The notes under the pieces: generated by a model
What the model was told of the DNA's origin: nothing
The model's database searches: none
Seen by the model: only the letters and a program-made list of their open reading frames with translations
Program-made: the position numbers and the translations under genes
Shown: positions 41,202 to 50,678 of the stretch, in pieces
Layout of the letters: the number at the start of each line of letters is the position of its first letter
Numbering within the stretch: position 1 is the first letter of the stretch
Source of the DNA: an uncultured Muribaculaceae bacterium
Lineage (GTDB): Bacteria > Bacillota_I > Bacilli_A > RF39 > UBA660
Direction: 5' to 3'
NCBI GenBank assembly: GCA_964371025.1
Contig: CAYJKH010000001.1
Span: 2,077 to 66,076, forward strand
Length of the DNA: 64,000 nt

Positions 41202-42509
41202 ATGTTAGAAACATTAGGAGATAGATTGCAAAATGCAATAAAAAATATAAAAGGTTATGGAAAAATAACAGAAGATAATATATCAGAAATGATGCGAGAA
41301 ATAAGACTTGCGCTATTAGAAGCAGATGTAAATTATAAAGTAGTAAAAGAATTTACAAATAATGTACGTGAAAAAGCTTTAGGCGAAGAAGTTAGAAAAA
41401 GTATTAATCCAGGGGATTTATTTGTAAAAATAGTTCAAGATGAATTAACTGACTTACTAGGAGGAGATGCTAAAAGTATTAACTTATTAGGGAACCCTGC
41501 TATTTTAATGTTAGTAGGATTACAAGGATCTGGAAAAACTACTACAATTGGAAAACTTAGTTTATTATTAAGAAAAAAACATGCTAAAAAACCTTTACTA
41601 GTAGCATGCGATATTTATAGACCAGCAGCAATTGAACAATTAATTCAAATAGGAAAGCAATTAGGAATTGAAGTATATTATGAAGAAGGGAATAATCCAG
41701 TTCTAATTAGTCAAAATGCAATTAAATATGCACAAGAAAATAATTTTGATTATGTTTTAATAGATACAGCCGGAAGATTACATATTGATGAAGAATTAAT
41801 GACGGAGTTAATTAATATTAATGAAGAAGTTACTCCAAAAGAGATAATTTTAGTAATAGACTCTATGATGGGACAAGATGCTATAAATGTTATTACAGGG
41901 TTTAATGAAAAATTACCATTAACGGGTGTAATATTAACAAAATTAGATGGAGATACTAGAGGTGGAGTAGCACTGTCAGTAAGACATTTAACAAATATTC
42001 CTATTAAATTTATTGGTGTATCAGAAAAACTAGATGGATTAGAAGAATTTGATCCTAAAAGACTAGCAGGAAGAATTCTTGGAATGGGAGATATTGTTTC
42101 TTTAGTAGAAAAAGCCGAAGCAGCAATAGATAAAAATGAAGCGGAGAAAACCGCTAATAGAATGAAATCAGGTAAGTTTGATTTAGAAGATTTTTTATCT
42201 ACTATGAAGCAAATGAAAAAATTGGGACCTCTTGAAAATTTAATCAAATTAATCCCTGGAGCTTCAAAAATGGGACTTAATAATGTTCAAATAGATCCAA
42301 AACAAATGGCCAGAGTAGAGGCAATTGTATTATCTATGACTATAGAAGAAAGAAGAAATCCTGATATTTTAAAGGCAAGCCGTAAAATAAGAATAGCAAA
42401 AGGTAGTGGAACAACAGTACCTGAAGTTAATAAGTTACTACAACAATTTGAGCAAATGAAAAAAATGATGAAACAAATGAGTAATGGTAATATGAAAATG
42501 CCTTTTTAA
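41202..42509 (+). CDS. ffh: signal recognition particle protein Ffh (SRP54)
   Basis: N domain, G domain with LLVGLQGSGKTTT, DTAGRLH, TKLDGDTRGG, and Met-rich M domain ending MKKMMKQMSNGNMKMPF. Confidence 0.92.
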   Translation: MLETLGDRLQNAIKNIKGYGKITEDNISEMMREIRLALLEADVNYKVVKEFTNNVREKALGEEVRKSINPGDLFVKIVQDELTDLLGGDAKSINLLGNPAILMLVGLQGSGKTTTIGKLSLLLRKKHAKKPLLVACDIYRPAAIEQLIQIGKQLGIEVYYEEGNNPVLISQNAIKYAQENNFDYVLIDTAGRLHIDEELMTELININEEVTPKEIILVIDSMMGQDAINVITGFNEKLPLTGVILTKLDGDTRGGVALSVRHLTNIPIKFIGVSEKLDGLEEFDPKRLAGRILGMGDIVSLVEKAEAAIDKNEAEKTANRMKSGKFDLEDFLSTMKQMKKLGPLENLIKLIPGASKMGLNNVQIDPKQMARVEAIVLSMTIEERRNPDILKASRKIRIAKGSGTTVPEVNKLLQQFEQMKKMMKQMSNGNMKMPF

Positions 42510-42597
42510 AAAAATGTATAATACTGTATAATTATCTTAGATTTATTGCACATATTAAAAAATTCATATATTCTAATAATATAGGGAGAGTGATAGT

Positions 42598-42804
42598 GTG
42601 ATTTATCCGTCAATTGATAAGCTATTAAACATAATTGATTCTAAATACGAACTTGTTCATATAGCAGCAAAAAGAAGTAGAGAAATTTCAGAATATAACA
42701 ATTTACAGTTACCAAATGATAATTATAAATGTTATAAAAATATTGGAAGAGCTTTAGAAGAAATTAGTGAAGGTAAATTAACAATAAGAAAGAACCAAGA
42801 TTAA
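42598..42804 (+). CDS. rpoZ: DNA-directed RNA polymerase subunit omega
   Basis: IYPSIDKLLNIIDSKYELVHIAAKRSREI matches RpoZ N-terminal consensus (PSID.LL...SKY.LV..AAKRAR); GTG start behind GGGAGAG. Confidence 0.7.
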   Translation: MIYPSIDKLLNIIDSKYELVHIAAKRSREISEYNNLQLPNDNYKCYKNIGRALEEISEGKLTIRKNQD

Positions 42805-42819
42805 GTTCTTTTTTATTTT
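42790..42819 (+). terminator. rho-independent terminator
   Basis: AAGAAC-caagattaa-GTTCTT followed by TTTTTATTTT; stop codon in loop. Confidence 0.6.
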
Positions 42820-42863
42820 GAGGATATTTATATGATATACTTAATATATAAGTAGGTGATAAA

Positions 42864-43607
42864 ATGAAAATAGTTAAATATAAAAAAGAAAAAGATCAAA
42901 ATTATAAAATATTTTTAGATAATTTAGATGAGGTTATCTTAAATGAAGAAGTAATTTTAGAATATAATCTCCTAATAAAAAAAGAAATAGATAATGGAGA
43001 ATTAAATCAAATAAAAAAAAGAAATGAATTTTATATTATATACTATGATGGATTAAAATTATTAAAAAATAATATAAAAAGCATTAATGAAGTATCAAGT
43101 TACTTACAAAAAAAAGATTATGATAAAGAAGAAATTAACAAAGTAATAGAAAAGTTAATTAAACAAGGTTATTTAGATGATTTAGATTATTCAATAAGAT
43201 ATACAAGAACTATTATTAATACTACTAATAAAGGACCAAGTAAAGTAAGAGATAAATTGAAATCATTAAAAATTAAAGATGAATATATAGAAGAGTCCTT
43301 AAAGCTATATACTAAAGAGAAAGAATCAGAAAAATTAGAAAAAATTATTCCTAAGCTTTTAAAAAGTGAAAAGAAAGTTTATGGGAATGTATTAAAGCAA
43401 AAGATTATGTTAAAACTATTACTTGAAGGATTTAATAGGGAACTAATAACAATTTATTTGGATAATTATTCTTTTAATATAGATAATAATATATATGAAA
43501 AAGAATATACTAAATTATTAAAAAAATATGAAAGAAAATATCAAGATAAAGAATTAGAATTAAAAATAAAAAGTGCTTTATATAAAAAAGGAATTAGTAA
43601 AAACTAA
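42864..43607 (+). CDS. recX: regulatory protein RecX (putative)
   Basis: ~247-aa all-helical Lys/Glu-rich protein with RecX-like N-terminus (IT.I....K....Y.I.LD..........V....L..G); tentative. Confidence 0.5.
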   Translation: MKIVKYKKEKDQNYKIFLDNLDEVILNEEVILEYNLLIKKEIDNGELNQIKKRNEFYIIYYDGLKLLKNNIKSINEVSSYLQKKDYDKEEINKVIEKLIKQGYLDDLDYSIRYTRTIINTTNKGPSKVRDKLKSLKIKDEYIEESLKLYTKEKESEKLEKIIPKLLKSEKKVYGNVLKQKIMLKLLLEGFNRELITIYLDNYSFNIDNNIYEKEYTKLLKKYERKYQDKELELKIKSALYKKGISKN

Positions 43608-43619
43608 TTCCTTTTATTT
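43585..43619. terminator. bidirectional rho-independent terminator between convergent recX and prsA
   Basis: GGAATTAGT-aaaa-ACTAATTCC flanked by AAAAAA upstream and TTTTATTT downstream. Confidence 0.7.
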
Positions 43620-43627
43620 ATATTTAA

Positions 43628-44623
43628 TTAAGTTGTTGGTGTGTTAGCACTACTAATTAATGAATCCATGAAGTCTTCATATTCTTTTTTTAATTCATCA
43701 TCTTCAAATTTAACATCGTGTTCATCTCTAATAGCCATAAGAGTTGTATAAACAAGAGATGGATCTGTTAATAATTTTGATTGTGCAATTGATGATTTAA
43801 TATTATCTTCTTCATCTTCTAAAGAAGGTTTTTCTTTTTCATCAACTTTTAAAATAATATGATATCCAAATTGTGACTTAACTGGTTCACTACTATATTT
43901 ACCTTTTTTTAGTTCTAAAGCCGCTTCTGAGAAGTTATCATCCATTTCATCAGGTGAAAAGAATCCTAAATCTCCACCATTAGTAGCAGTACCTTCATCA
44001 TCAGAATATTTTTTAGCAAGGTCTTCAAAATCCTCACCATCATCTAACTTTTTAATAAGGTCTTTTGCTTCTTCTTCCGCTTTTTCTTCTGCTTTTGTTT
44101 TTTCTTCAGCAGATGCATCATCTTCTACATCTGGAATAATTAAAATATGTTTAGCACTTAATTCACCATGAATATTATCTTCATAATATTGTTCAATTTC
44201 TTTTTCATCAATATTATCAGAGATATGTTTTTCAACAGCTTCATTTCTTTTATACTCTAATCTTAAAACTTCTTCTAATTCTTTTTCATTACTTGCACCA
44301 AAGTATTGACTAATAGCAGTTTCAAATGCTGCTTGATCATTTTCGTAACTAGCTTTAATTTGTTCTATTTGATTAGCTACATATTCATCTTCTTCTTCAG
44401 TAGATTCGATATCTTTTAATATATCAGCATCAATTAGATCTACTAATTTAGCGATTTGACTATATTTAATACTATCATAATATGAGTCAGCACTAATCCC
44501 ATCTTTATCTCCAATTGATACAACTTTTTCTTCACCATTTTTTAAAGTAGCAACTTCACCACAACCTGTTGCAGTTAAACTAATACTTAATAAGGCAATT
44601 ATTAATAAATTCTTTTTCTTCAT
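43628..44623 (-). CDS. prsA: foldase lipoprotein PrsA-like (parvulin-type peptidyl-prolyl isomerase)
   Basis: lipoprotein signal MKKKNLLIIALLSISLTATGCGE (lipobox LTATG-C); parvulin motifs SAKHILI, FGYHIILKV; 331 aa. Confidence 0.75.
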   Translation of the reverse strand: MKKKNLLIIALLSISLTATGCGEVATLKNGEEKVVSIGDKDGISADSYYDSIKYSQIAKLVDLIDADILKDIESTEEEDEYVANQIEQIKASYENDQAAFETAISQYFGASNEKELEEVLRLEYKRNEAVEKHISDNIDEKEIEQYYEDNIHGELSAKHILIIPDVEDDASAEEKTKAEEKAEEEAKDLIKKLDDGEDFEDLAKKYSDDEGTATNGGDLGFFSPDEMDDNFSEAALELKKGKYSSEPVKSQFGYHIILKVDEKEKPSLEDEEDNIKSSIAQSKLLTDPSLVYTTLMAIRDEHDVKFEDDELKKEYEDFMDSLISSANTPTT

Positions 44624-44689
44624 TCTTTCCTATCCTCCTAGTTCCTTTATATCATAACAAAAAAAACTATTCTTGCAAACAGTTTTTAA

Positions 44690-45085
44690 TTATTTAGTTA
44701 ACTTAGTATAAATATCATCTACTGAAACTAGTAGGTCACTATTATAAGTGAAATCAACTAAATCATTTTTATATCTAGGAGTTAAGTGAAAATGAAAATG
44801 TCTTATTTCTTGTCCTAAAAAGTTATTTTCAGAAATAGTTAGTCCTTCACAACCTAGCTTTTCTTTTAAAAGTGGGTATAAAATTTCTTTAGTTATTTTA
44901 AAGCTATTGCTTATAAAATTTTCATCAATATCATTAATATTCACTTGGTGTAATTTAGGAATTATTAATAAATGACCATTAGTAGTTGGGTTAATATTCA
45001 TAATAGTTAAGGATATATCATCTTCATAAACTACCTTAGAAGGAAGTTCTCCTTTAATTATTTTACAAAATATACAATCTTCCAT
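44690..45085 (-). CDS. HIT family (histidine triad) hydrolase
   Basis: C-terminal HFHFHL histidine triad (HxHxHxx), N-terminal CIFCKI; 131 aa. Confidence 0.75.
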   Translation of the reverse strand: MEDCIFCKIIKGELPSKVVYEDDISLTIMNINPTTNGHLLIIPKLHQVNINDIDENFISNSFKITKEILYPLLKEKLGCEGLTISENNFLGQEIRHFHFHLTPRYKNDLVDFTYNSDLLVSVDDIYTKLTK

Positions 45086-45196
45086 AAATCCTCCTTATAA
45101 ATATAGTATACCATTAAAAATAAAAATAATAATAAATAGTTGTCATAATAAAAAAAATATGCTATTATTTAAATGAATAATAGGTGGTGTATAGTT

Positions 45197-46375
45197 ATGA
45201 AAATAGAAAAAGGTATAGTAAGAGATCAAGGTTATCCTGATTATGAATTAACTTATGGTGTATTAGAGGATAATACACAGTATTTTTTCGTGGCAAATGG
45301 GACTTTATATAATGGTAATATTATTGCAAGTACTGTTTTAAAAGAAGCGATTGGTCATGCTAAAAATACTTCATTAGGGTTAATAGATAGTGAAGGTAAA
45401 GTTATAATACCATTTATTAATAAAATCTTAAAAGTAGTAAATGAAGATTACTTATTAGTGGAAAAAGAAAAACCAGAAAGTCCTAAAGTATTAGAAGCAT
45501 TAGGATTAAGAGGAGATCCACTAGCAGCAACTAGATTAGTGGGAAATGCTGCTGCTATTAAAGAAAAAGTAGTAGCAAATATGGAACCAACTGGAAGATT
45601 TATTTTTAATGATCAATTCTCAGAGGCTGCTATTTATGATTTAGCAGGGAATAATATTATGGGTGATGAATATTTTAGTTTTATTGGACTAGATGAAAAA
45701 GGATTCTATTTCTTTAAAAATGATTCTGAAACAGATATTGTTACATATAAATTTAATAACGAAGAAGAAACTATTGAAGAGCCGGTAGTACCAGAAATTG
45801 ATGTTGCTAATTTACCAAGTGATTTAAATATAGTAGAAGATGCTATTTCTGAAATAACAACTGAAGAAGAACCTAGTGAAGTAGATATTAGTTTTGAACC
45901 AGAAGAAATAAAAGAAATCATTGAAGAACCTATAGAAAATTCAAATCTAAAAGAAGAAAAAATAATTGATGAAGAATATACTCCATTAATGAATATGCAA
46001 ATAAAAGATTCTATAATGGAAGATGTTGCTGGAACTATGAAAAGACTAATTCAACAAAATAAAACACAAAGAGAAACGCTAATAGATTCAAAAGAAGAGA
46101 TTAGTACTTTACGTGAAGAAAGCAAAATGATGCAAGATAAAAACTTAGATCAAACTAGAGAAATTAGTTCTTTAAAAGATAAGTTAGAAAAATATGAAAG
46201 TATGTTAATGAAGTTAGAGGGAAAAACAGAGACATTATCTACTCAATTAACAGACATGTCAAAAGATAAAGAAAAATTACTTGAAGAAGTAAAAATATTA
46301 AGACCACAAGTTGCTGGTAAAGAGCAATTGGCAAACTTACTAGAAGTAGCAAATGAAACTTTAGAAAAGTATTAA
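45197..46375 (+). CDS. hypothetical protein with acidic middle region and C-terminal coiled coil
   Basis: no TM; heptad-like region LREESKMMQDKNLDQTREISSLKDKLEKYESMLMKLEGKTETL; ATG 45197 behind AGGTGGTG. Confidence 0.4.
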   Translation: MKIEKGIVRDQGYPDYELTYGVLEDNTQYFFVANGTLYNGNIIASTVLKEAIGHAKNTSLGLIDSEGKVIIPFINKILKVVNEDYLLVEKEKPESPKVLEALGLRGDPLAATRLVGNAAAIKEKVVANMEPTGRFIFNDQFSEAAIYDLAGNNIMGDEYFSFIGLDEKGFYFFKNDSETDIVTYKFNNEEETIEEPVVPEIDVANLPSDLNIVEDAISEITTEEEPSEVDISFEPEEIKEIIEEPIENSNLKEEKIIDEEYTPLMNMQIKDSIMEDVAGTMKRLIQQNKTQRETLIDSKEEISTLREESKMMQDKNLDQTREISSLKDKLEKYESMLMKLEGKTETLSTQLTDMSKDKEKLLEEVKILRPQVAGKEQLANLLEVANETLEKY

Positions 46376-46406
46376 ACTTGCATAAATAAAATAATAATAA
46401 TACTAA

Positions 46407-46442
46407 AAAGATATTTTCTTATAAGAAATATCTTTTTTTAAT
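46407..46442 (+). terminator. rho-independent terminator
   Basis: AAGATATTTTCTTA/TAAGAAATATCTT inverted repeat followed by T7. Confidence 0.65.
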
Positions 46443-46527
46443 TAAAAAAAGTATACCAATTAATCAAAATAGCCTTTTGTATTAATTGGTAATATAATAT
46501 AAAATCACATTGTGAGGAGGTGATTTA

Positions 46528-46869
46528 GTGTTAAATCAAGTAGTTTTAGTAGGGCGACTAGTAAGAGATATAGTTGTTAATAAAACAGAAAATGGTAAAA
46601 AAGTCACAACAGTATCTCTAGCAATTCCCAGAAGTTTTAAAAATATAGAAGGGAATTATGAAACAGATTTTATTGATTGTATATTATGGGAAGCAGTTGC
46701 TCAAAATACAGCTGATTACTGTAAAAAAGGGGATATAGTGGGAATAAAAGGAAGAATTCAATCAAGAATAATAGAGAAAAACAAAGAAGAAAAAGAACAT
46801 TTAATGGAAGTTATAGCAGAAAAAGTAACATTTTTATCAAGTAAAAAAGAAGAAGTAAATCCTAAGTAA
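46528..46869 (+). CDS. ssb: single-stranded DNA-binding protein (short OB-fold SSB lacking acidic C-terminal tail)
   Basis: MLNQVVLVGRLVRD..., ...TDFIDCILWEAVAQNTADYCKKGDIVGIKGRIQSR: SSB OB-fold pattern. Only 113 aa and ends ...KKEEVNPK, without the DDD(I/L)PF tip. GTG start behind GGAGG. Confidence 0.7.
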   Translation: MLNQVVLVGRLVRDIVVNKTENGKKVTTVSLAIPRSFKNIEGNYETDFIDCILWEAVAQNTADYCKKGDIVGIKGRIQSRIIEKNKEEKEHLMEVIAEKVTFLSSKKEEVNPK

Positions 46870-46875
46870 TATAAA

Positions 46876-46904
46876 TAGTCTTATAAAAGACTATTTTTTA
46901 TTTT
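46876..46904 (+). terminator. rho-independent terminator
   Basis: TAGTCTT-ataa-AAGACTA followed by TTTTTTATTTT. Confidence 0.6.
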
Positions 46905-46969
46905 AATATATACATATAGTTATAGACATGATATAATTTTATAGAATAAAAGAATAGTAAGGAGCATAT

Positions 46970-48196
46970 ATGGTTATAGATATTATAGATAAGAAAAGAT
47001 TAGGGAAAAGTCTTTCTTATAATGAATTAAGTTATATATTTAATGGTTATAAAGAAAAAAGTATTAAAGATTATCAAATGTCAGCATTATTAATGGCAAT
47101 TTGTATAAATGGAATGAAAGAAAAGGAAATATTTGATTTAACAAAAGTATTCTTAGAAACAAGTGGTAGATTAGATTTTTCTGATATAGTTGATAATAAA
47201 GTAGATAAACACTCAACTGGAGGAGTTGGAGATAAGACAACTTTAATAGTAGCTCCAATTGTAGCATCACTTGGAATTCCTGTTATAAAAATGAGTGGAA
47301 AAGGACTTGGAATAACAGGGGGAACTATTGATAAATTAGATTCAATTCCAGGATTTCAAACTAATTTAAGTATTTCTAATATCAAAAAACAAGTAAAAGA
47401 GATAGGAATAGCGATAACTTCCCAAACTTCTAATTTAGTTCCGCTTGATAAAATGATTTATAGTTTAAGAGATGTTAGTGGTACAACTAATTCAATTCCT
47501 TTAATTGCAGTTAGTATTATGAGTAAAAAAATAGCAAGTGGTGCTAATAAATTAGTTCTTGATATTAAGTATGGTAAAGGAGCTTTAATTAGTACTAAAA
47601 AAGAAGCAAAACAACTTAGTGATATTATGATTAAATTAGGGGAAAAATATAATATTGAGACAGTTTCTATTTTAAGTAATATGGACATTCCTCTAGGGAA
47701 AACAATTGGTAATTCACTAGAAGTAAAAGAAGCTATCGATATTTTAAGTGGAAAAGAAGAAGATAATAACTTAACAAAATTATGTGTTGAACTAGCAACA
47801 GAAATGGTAATGTTAGGAAAATCTATAAGTTATAACTCGGCAAAGTTATTAGTAAAAAATGCAATAGAAGATAAAAGTGCATATAATAAATTTATGGAAT
47901 TAGTTGCTTATCAAGGTGGTAACACGAAAAAATTAAAAACTACAAGAAAGTCTATTTTTATTAAATCCTCTGTTAAAGGAGAAATTAAAAGTATTAATGC
48001 TCATACTTTAGGAAAATTATCATTAAAACTTGGAGCAGGACGTATTAATAAAGATGATTTAATTAATTATGGAGTAGGTATTAAATTAAATAAATTAGTA
48101 GGAGATAAAGTAACTAAAGGAGAAACTTTATGTGAAATATTTGTAGAAGATGTTATTAATTTAGATGAAGTAAAAGAAATATTTGAAATTAAATAA
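46970..48196 (+). CDS. pdp: pyrimidine-nucleoside (thymidine) phosphorylase
   Basis: glycosyl-transferase family 3 motifs incl. KHSTGGVGDKTTL and SGRGLGITGGTIDKLDSIPGF; 408 aa. Confidence 0.88.
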   Translation: MVIDIIDKKRLGKSLSYNELSYIFNGYKEKSIKDYQMSALLMAICINGMKEKEIFDLTKVFLETSGRLDFSDIVDNKVDKHSTGGVGDKTTLIVAPIVASLGIPVIKMSGKGLGITGGTIDKLDSIPGFQTNLSISNIKKQVKEIGIAITSQTSNLVPLDKMIYSLRDVSGTTNSIPLIAVSIMSKKIASGANKLVLDIKYGKGALISTKKEAKQLSDIMIKLGEKYNIETVSILSNMDIPLGKTIGNSLEVKEAIDILSGKEEDNNLTKLCVELATEMVMLGKSISYNSAKLLVKNAIEDKSAYNKFMELVAYQGGNTKKLKTTRKSIFIKSSVKGEIKSINAHTLGKLSLKLGAGRINKDDLINYGVGIKLNKLVGDKVTKGETLCEIFVEDVINLDEVKEIFEIK

Positions 48197-48244
48197 ATAT
48201 TGTAAATATAATAATATTATTATATTATTATATTAAAGGAAGGT

Positions 48245-49411
48245 ATGAAAATGGAAAAAATATATATTGAAAACAATAAAAACGGAGATAAAAAACATAA
48301 AAATTATATTAATTTGTCAACTATTTCATCATTTATATTAGCATTTACAGCAATTGCATTAGTGGGAACTTCTTATTTTCTGGGAAATTCATATGCTTTA
48401 CCAGAAGTAAAAGAAAGTCTCCCGGATAATTTTACAACTTCAGTTCCATCTGCTAAAGTTAATGGTAACTCACCAAGTGGAGCATTTCCAATTATGGTTT
48501 ATAAAACTACTGGAGGAGAACTTGTATATTGCTTAGAAAGAGATATTAACTATACTGGTAATACTAACTATTCCAAAGATGGTTTAATTGAGGATTATGG
48601 TTTATTATATGTAATGGCGAATTCATATCCCCATAAAACTTTTAAAGATAAAGCAGGAGTAGCTTACCCTGAAGAAATCCAAGTATGGATAACACAAGCT
48701 ATGATATGGGAATATTTACATGATATAGGAGCGGCTAACAATACATCTGATACTGCTATGACTCTAGATTTATTAGAGAGTATAAGAGAATTAGATATAG
48801 ATGATGGGAATATTGCAAATGCAATTGATTTAGATGACTCTGTTTATAATTTATATATGAAAGATATTATAAATGTTGCCAAAACTTTAAAAACTCCACA
48901 AGGTAATTTATCTATAACAGCACAAAATGATAAAATGACTTTAACAAATGAAGGTAAATATTATCAAAGTTCATTAATTACAGTAACAGGAAGTCCTTCT
49001 GATAATTTCATTGGACATAAAATATCATTTACTGGTCCAAAAGATACGGTATTAATATCAGAAAATGGAGATATTATTACCAATCTTGATTTTGTTACAC
49101 CAAATACAAAATTTTATGTAAGAGTTCCAGTTGAGTCGGTTGATGAAAATAATAAAGTTATTAAATTAAGTACAACAGGATCTTTTAGATTATATGAAGG
49201 TTATTACTACAAATCACCAGGAGCTCAGACAATATCTTCAGTACATACTGTAGATAAACAATTAAGTCAAGGATTAGAAATTCCGATTAACTTAGAAATT
49301 AAAGCTCCAGATACGAAAGTAGATACTTCAATTATTATATACATTGTAGCAGGAGTAATCTTTGTTGCCGGAGTAATAATTATTGTAAGAAGTTCAAAGC
49401 CTAGAAAATAA
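48245..49411 (+). CDS. cell-wall-anchored thioester-domain (TED) pilin/adhesin paralog 1; sorting signal APDTK
   Basis: N-terminal signal/TM. Cys in GELVYCLERDIN paired with QVWITQAMIWEYL (TQxxIW thioester Gln motif). C-terminal KAPDTKVDTS + hydrophobic segment + RSSKPRK. Confidence 0.7.
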   Translation: MKMEKIYIENNKNGDKKHKNYINLSTISSFILAFTAIALVGTSYFLGNSYALPEVKESLPDNFTTSVPSAKVNGNSPSGAFPIMVYKTTGGELVYCLERDINYTGNTNYSKDGLIEDYGLLYVMANSYPHKTFKDKAGVAYPEEIQVWITQAMIWEYLHDIGAANNTSDTAMTLDLLESIRELDIDDGNIANAIDLDDSVYNLYMKDIINVAKTLKTPQGNLSITAQNDKMTLTNEGKYYQSSLITVTGSPSDNFIGHKISFTGPKDTVLISENGDIITNLDFVTPNTKFYVRVPVESVDENNKVIKLSTTGSFRLYEGYYYKSPGAQTISSVHTVDKQLSQGLEIPINLEIKAPDTKVDTSIIIYIVAGVIFVAGVIIIVRSSKPRK

Positions 49412-49530
49412 AAAGAGTAAAATCTTTTTATTTTTTTGTAAACTTTTTGTCAACGAAGTCAATTTACTTGTAAAACGCTTGATAATGTGTAAAGAAGAGT
49501 GTAATATAACATTAAAGGAAGGTGTATTAT

Positions 49531-50595
49531 ATGAAAAATAATATTAAAAAAATTACAAAACTTACTATGATAATAGCAGTATTTGCTACTATGATCTTTA
49601 GTAGTATTGCCCCTGTAAAGGCAACATCATTTTTAGATAAGTTTACAACAGCAACAATTGGTGCTAAAACAACAGGATCAGGCGGAACTACTCCAATTGC
49701 AGTATTTGAATACACTACTACTAGTGGTCAAATAGTTTATTGTTTGGAAAGGGATATTAACTTTGTAGCAGGAAGAGAATTTAATAAAAGTGAATTAATT
49801 AATGATTATGGATTAATGCATGTTATGTCAAATGTTTATCCACATAAAAAATTCACTGATTCAACTGGGGCTGAATTACCAAAAGGGCACCAAGTTTGGA
49901 TATCTCAAGTAATGATTTGGGAATATTTATACCAAACAAAAGCAGCTAATAATACTTCAACAACTTCTAATTCATTAGAATCTATTAAAGATATTAATAA
50001 ATTATTAACAGGAGATACAATAACGGACGAAGTAACTTATTCTAAATCTTTATATGAATTATATATGAAAGAAATTTTAGAAAAAGCTTATACTATAAAA
50101 GAACCAAATCCAAGTGTAAATATGGAAACTACAAGTAAATATATGACTTTATCGAGTGATGGTAAATATTATATGAGTAGTGCCATTAATATTACAACTT
50201 CAGATAGTGGAACTTACGGGCTAAAAGTAGAAGGTCCAACTGGAACACAAATAGTAGATAAAGATGGGAAAGTTGTAACAACAGGAATGCCGTCACAAGT
50301 ATTTATTAAAATACCAGTTGATTCAGTTACAGAAACTAATAAAAAAATAACACTAACTGCAACAGGAGATGCTAAAGCTTATGAAGGATATTATTATAAA
50401 GCGACTGGAGCACAAACTATTGCCTTTGTTGATACAAAAGATATCGGAGTAGATATTCCAATTACTTTAGAAATAAAAGCGCCAGATACAGCTATAGATG
50501 TTTCGAATTCAACTTATGTAATTGGAGCATTAATAATAGCAATAGGAGCATTTGCAGTAATTAATAGTAATAGAAAAAAAACAAGTCGTAGATAA
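49531..50595 (+). CDS. TED pilin/adhesin paralog 2 (SQxxIW variant); sorting signal APDTA
   Basis: GQIVYCLERDINF + QVWISQVMIWEYL; C-terminal KAPDTAIDVS + hydrophobic + NSNRKKTSRR; ATG 49531 behind AAAGGAAGGTG. Confidence 0.65.
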   Translation: MKNNIKKITKLTMIIAVFATMIFSSIAPVKATSFLDKFTTATIGAKTTGSGGTTPIAVFEYTTTSGQIVYCLERDINFVAGREFNKSELINDYGLMHVMSNVYPHKKFTDSTGAELPKGHQVWISQVMIWEYLYQTKAANNTSTTSNSLESIKDINKLLTGDTITDEVTYSKSLYELYMKEILEKAYTIKEPNPSVNMETTSKYMTLSSDGKYYMSSAINITTSDSGTYGLKVEGPTGTQIVDKDGKVVTTGMPSQVFIKIPVDSVTETNKKITLTATGDAKAYEGYYYKATGAQTIAFVDTKDIGVDIPITLEIKAPDTAIDVSNSTYVIGALIIAIGAFAVINSNRKKTSRR

Positions 50596-50600
50596 ATTTA

Positions 50601-50626
50601 AAAGAACTTAACAGTTCTTTTTTTCT
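50601..50626 (+). terminator. rho-independent terminator (partial read-through to paralog 3 possible)
   Basis: AAAGAACT-taac-AGTTCTTT followed by T-run. Confidence 0.6.
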
Positions 50627-50678
50627 TGATAAAATGTTTTTTTTAAGTTATTATATATATAGTAAAGAAGGTAGAATT

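Noticed and set aside
41750-42247. 165-aa minus-strand ORF opposite ffh
   Set aside because: Entirely antisense to the strongly supported SRP54 gene; spurious
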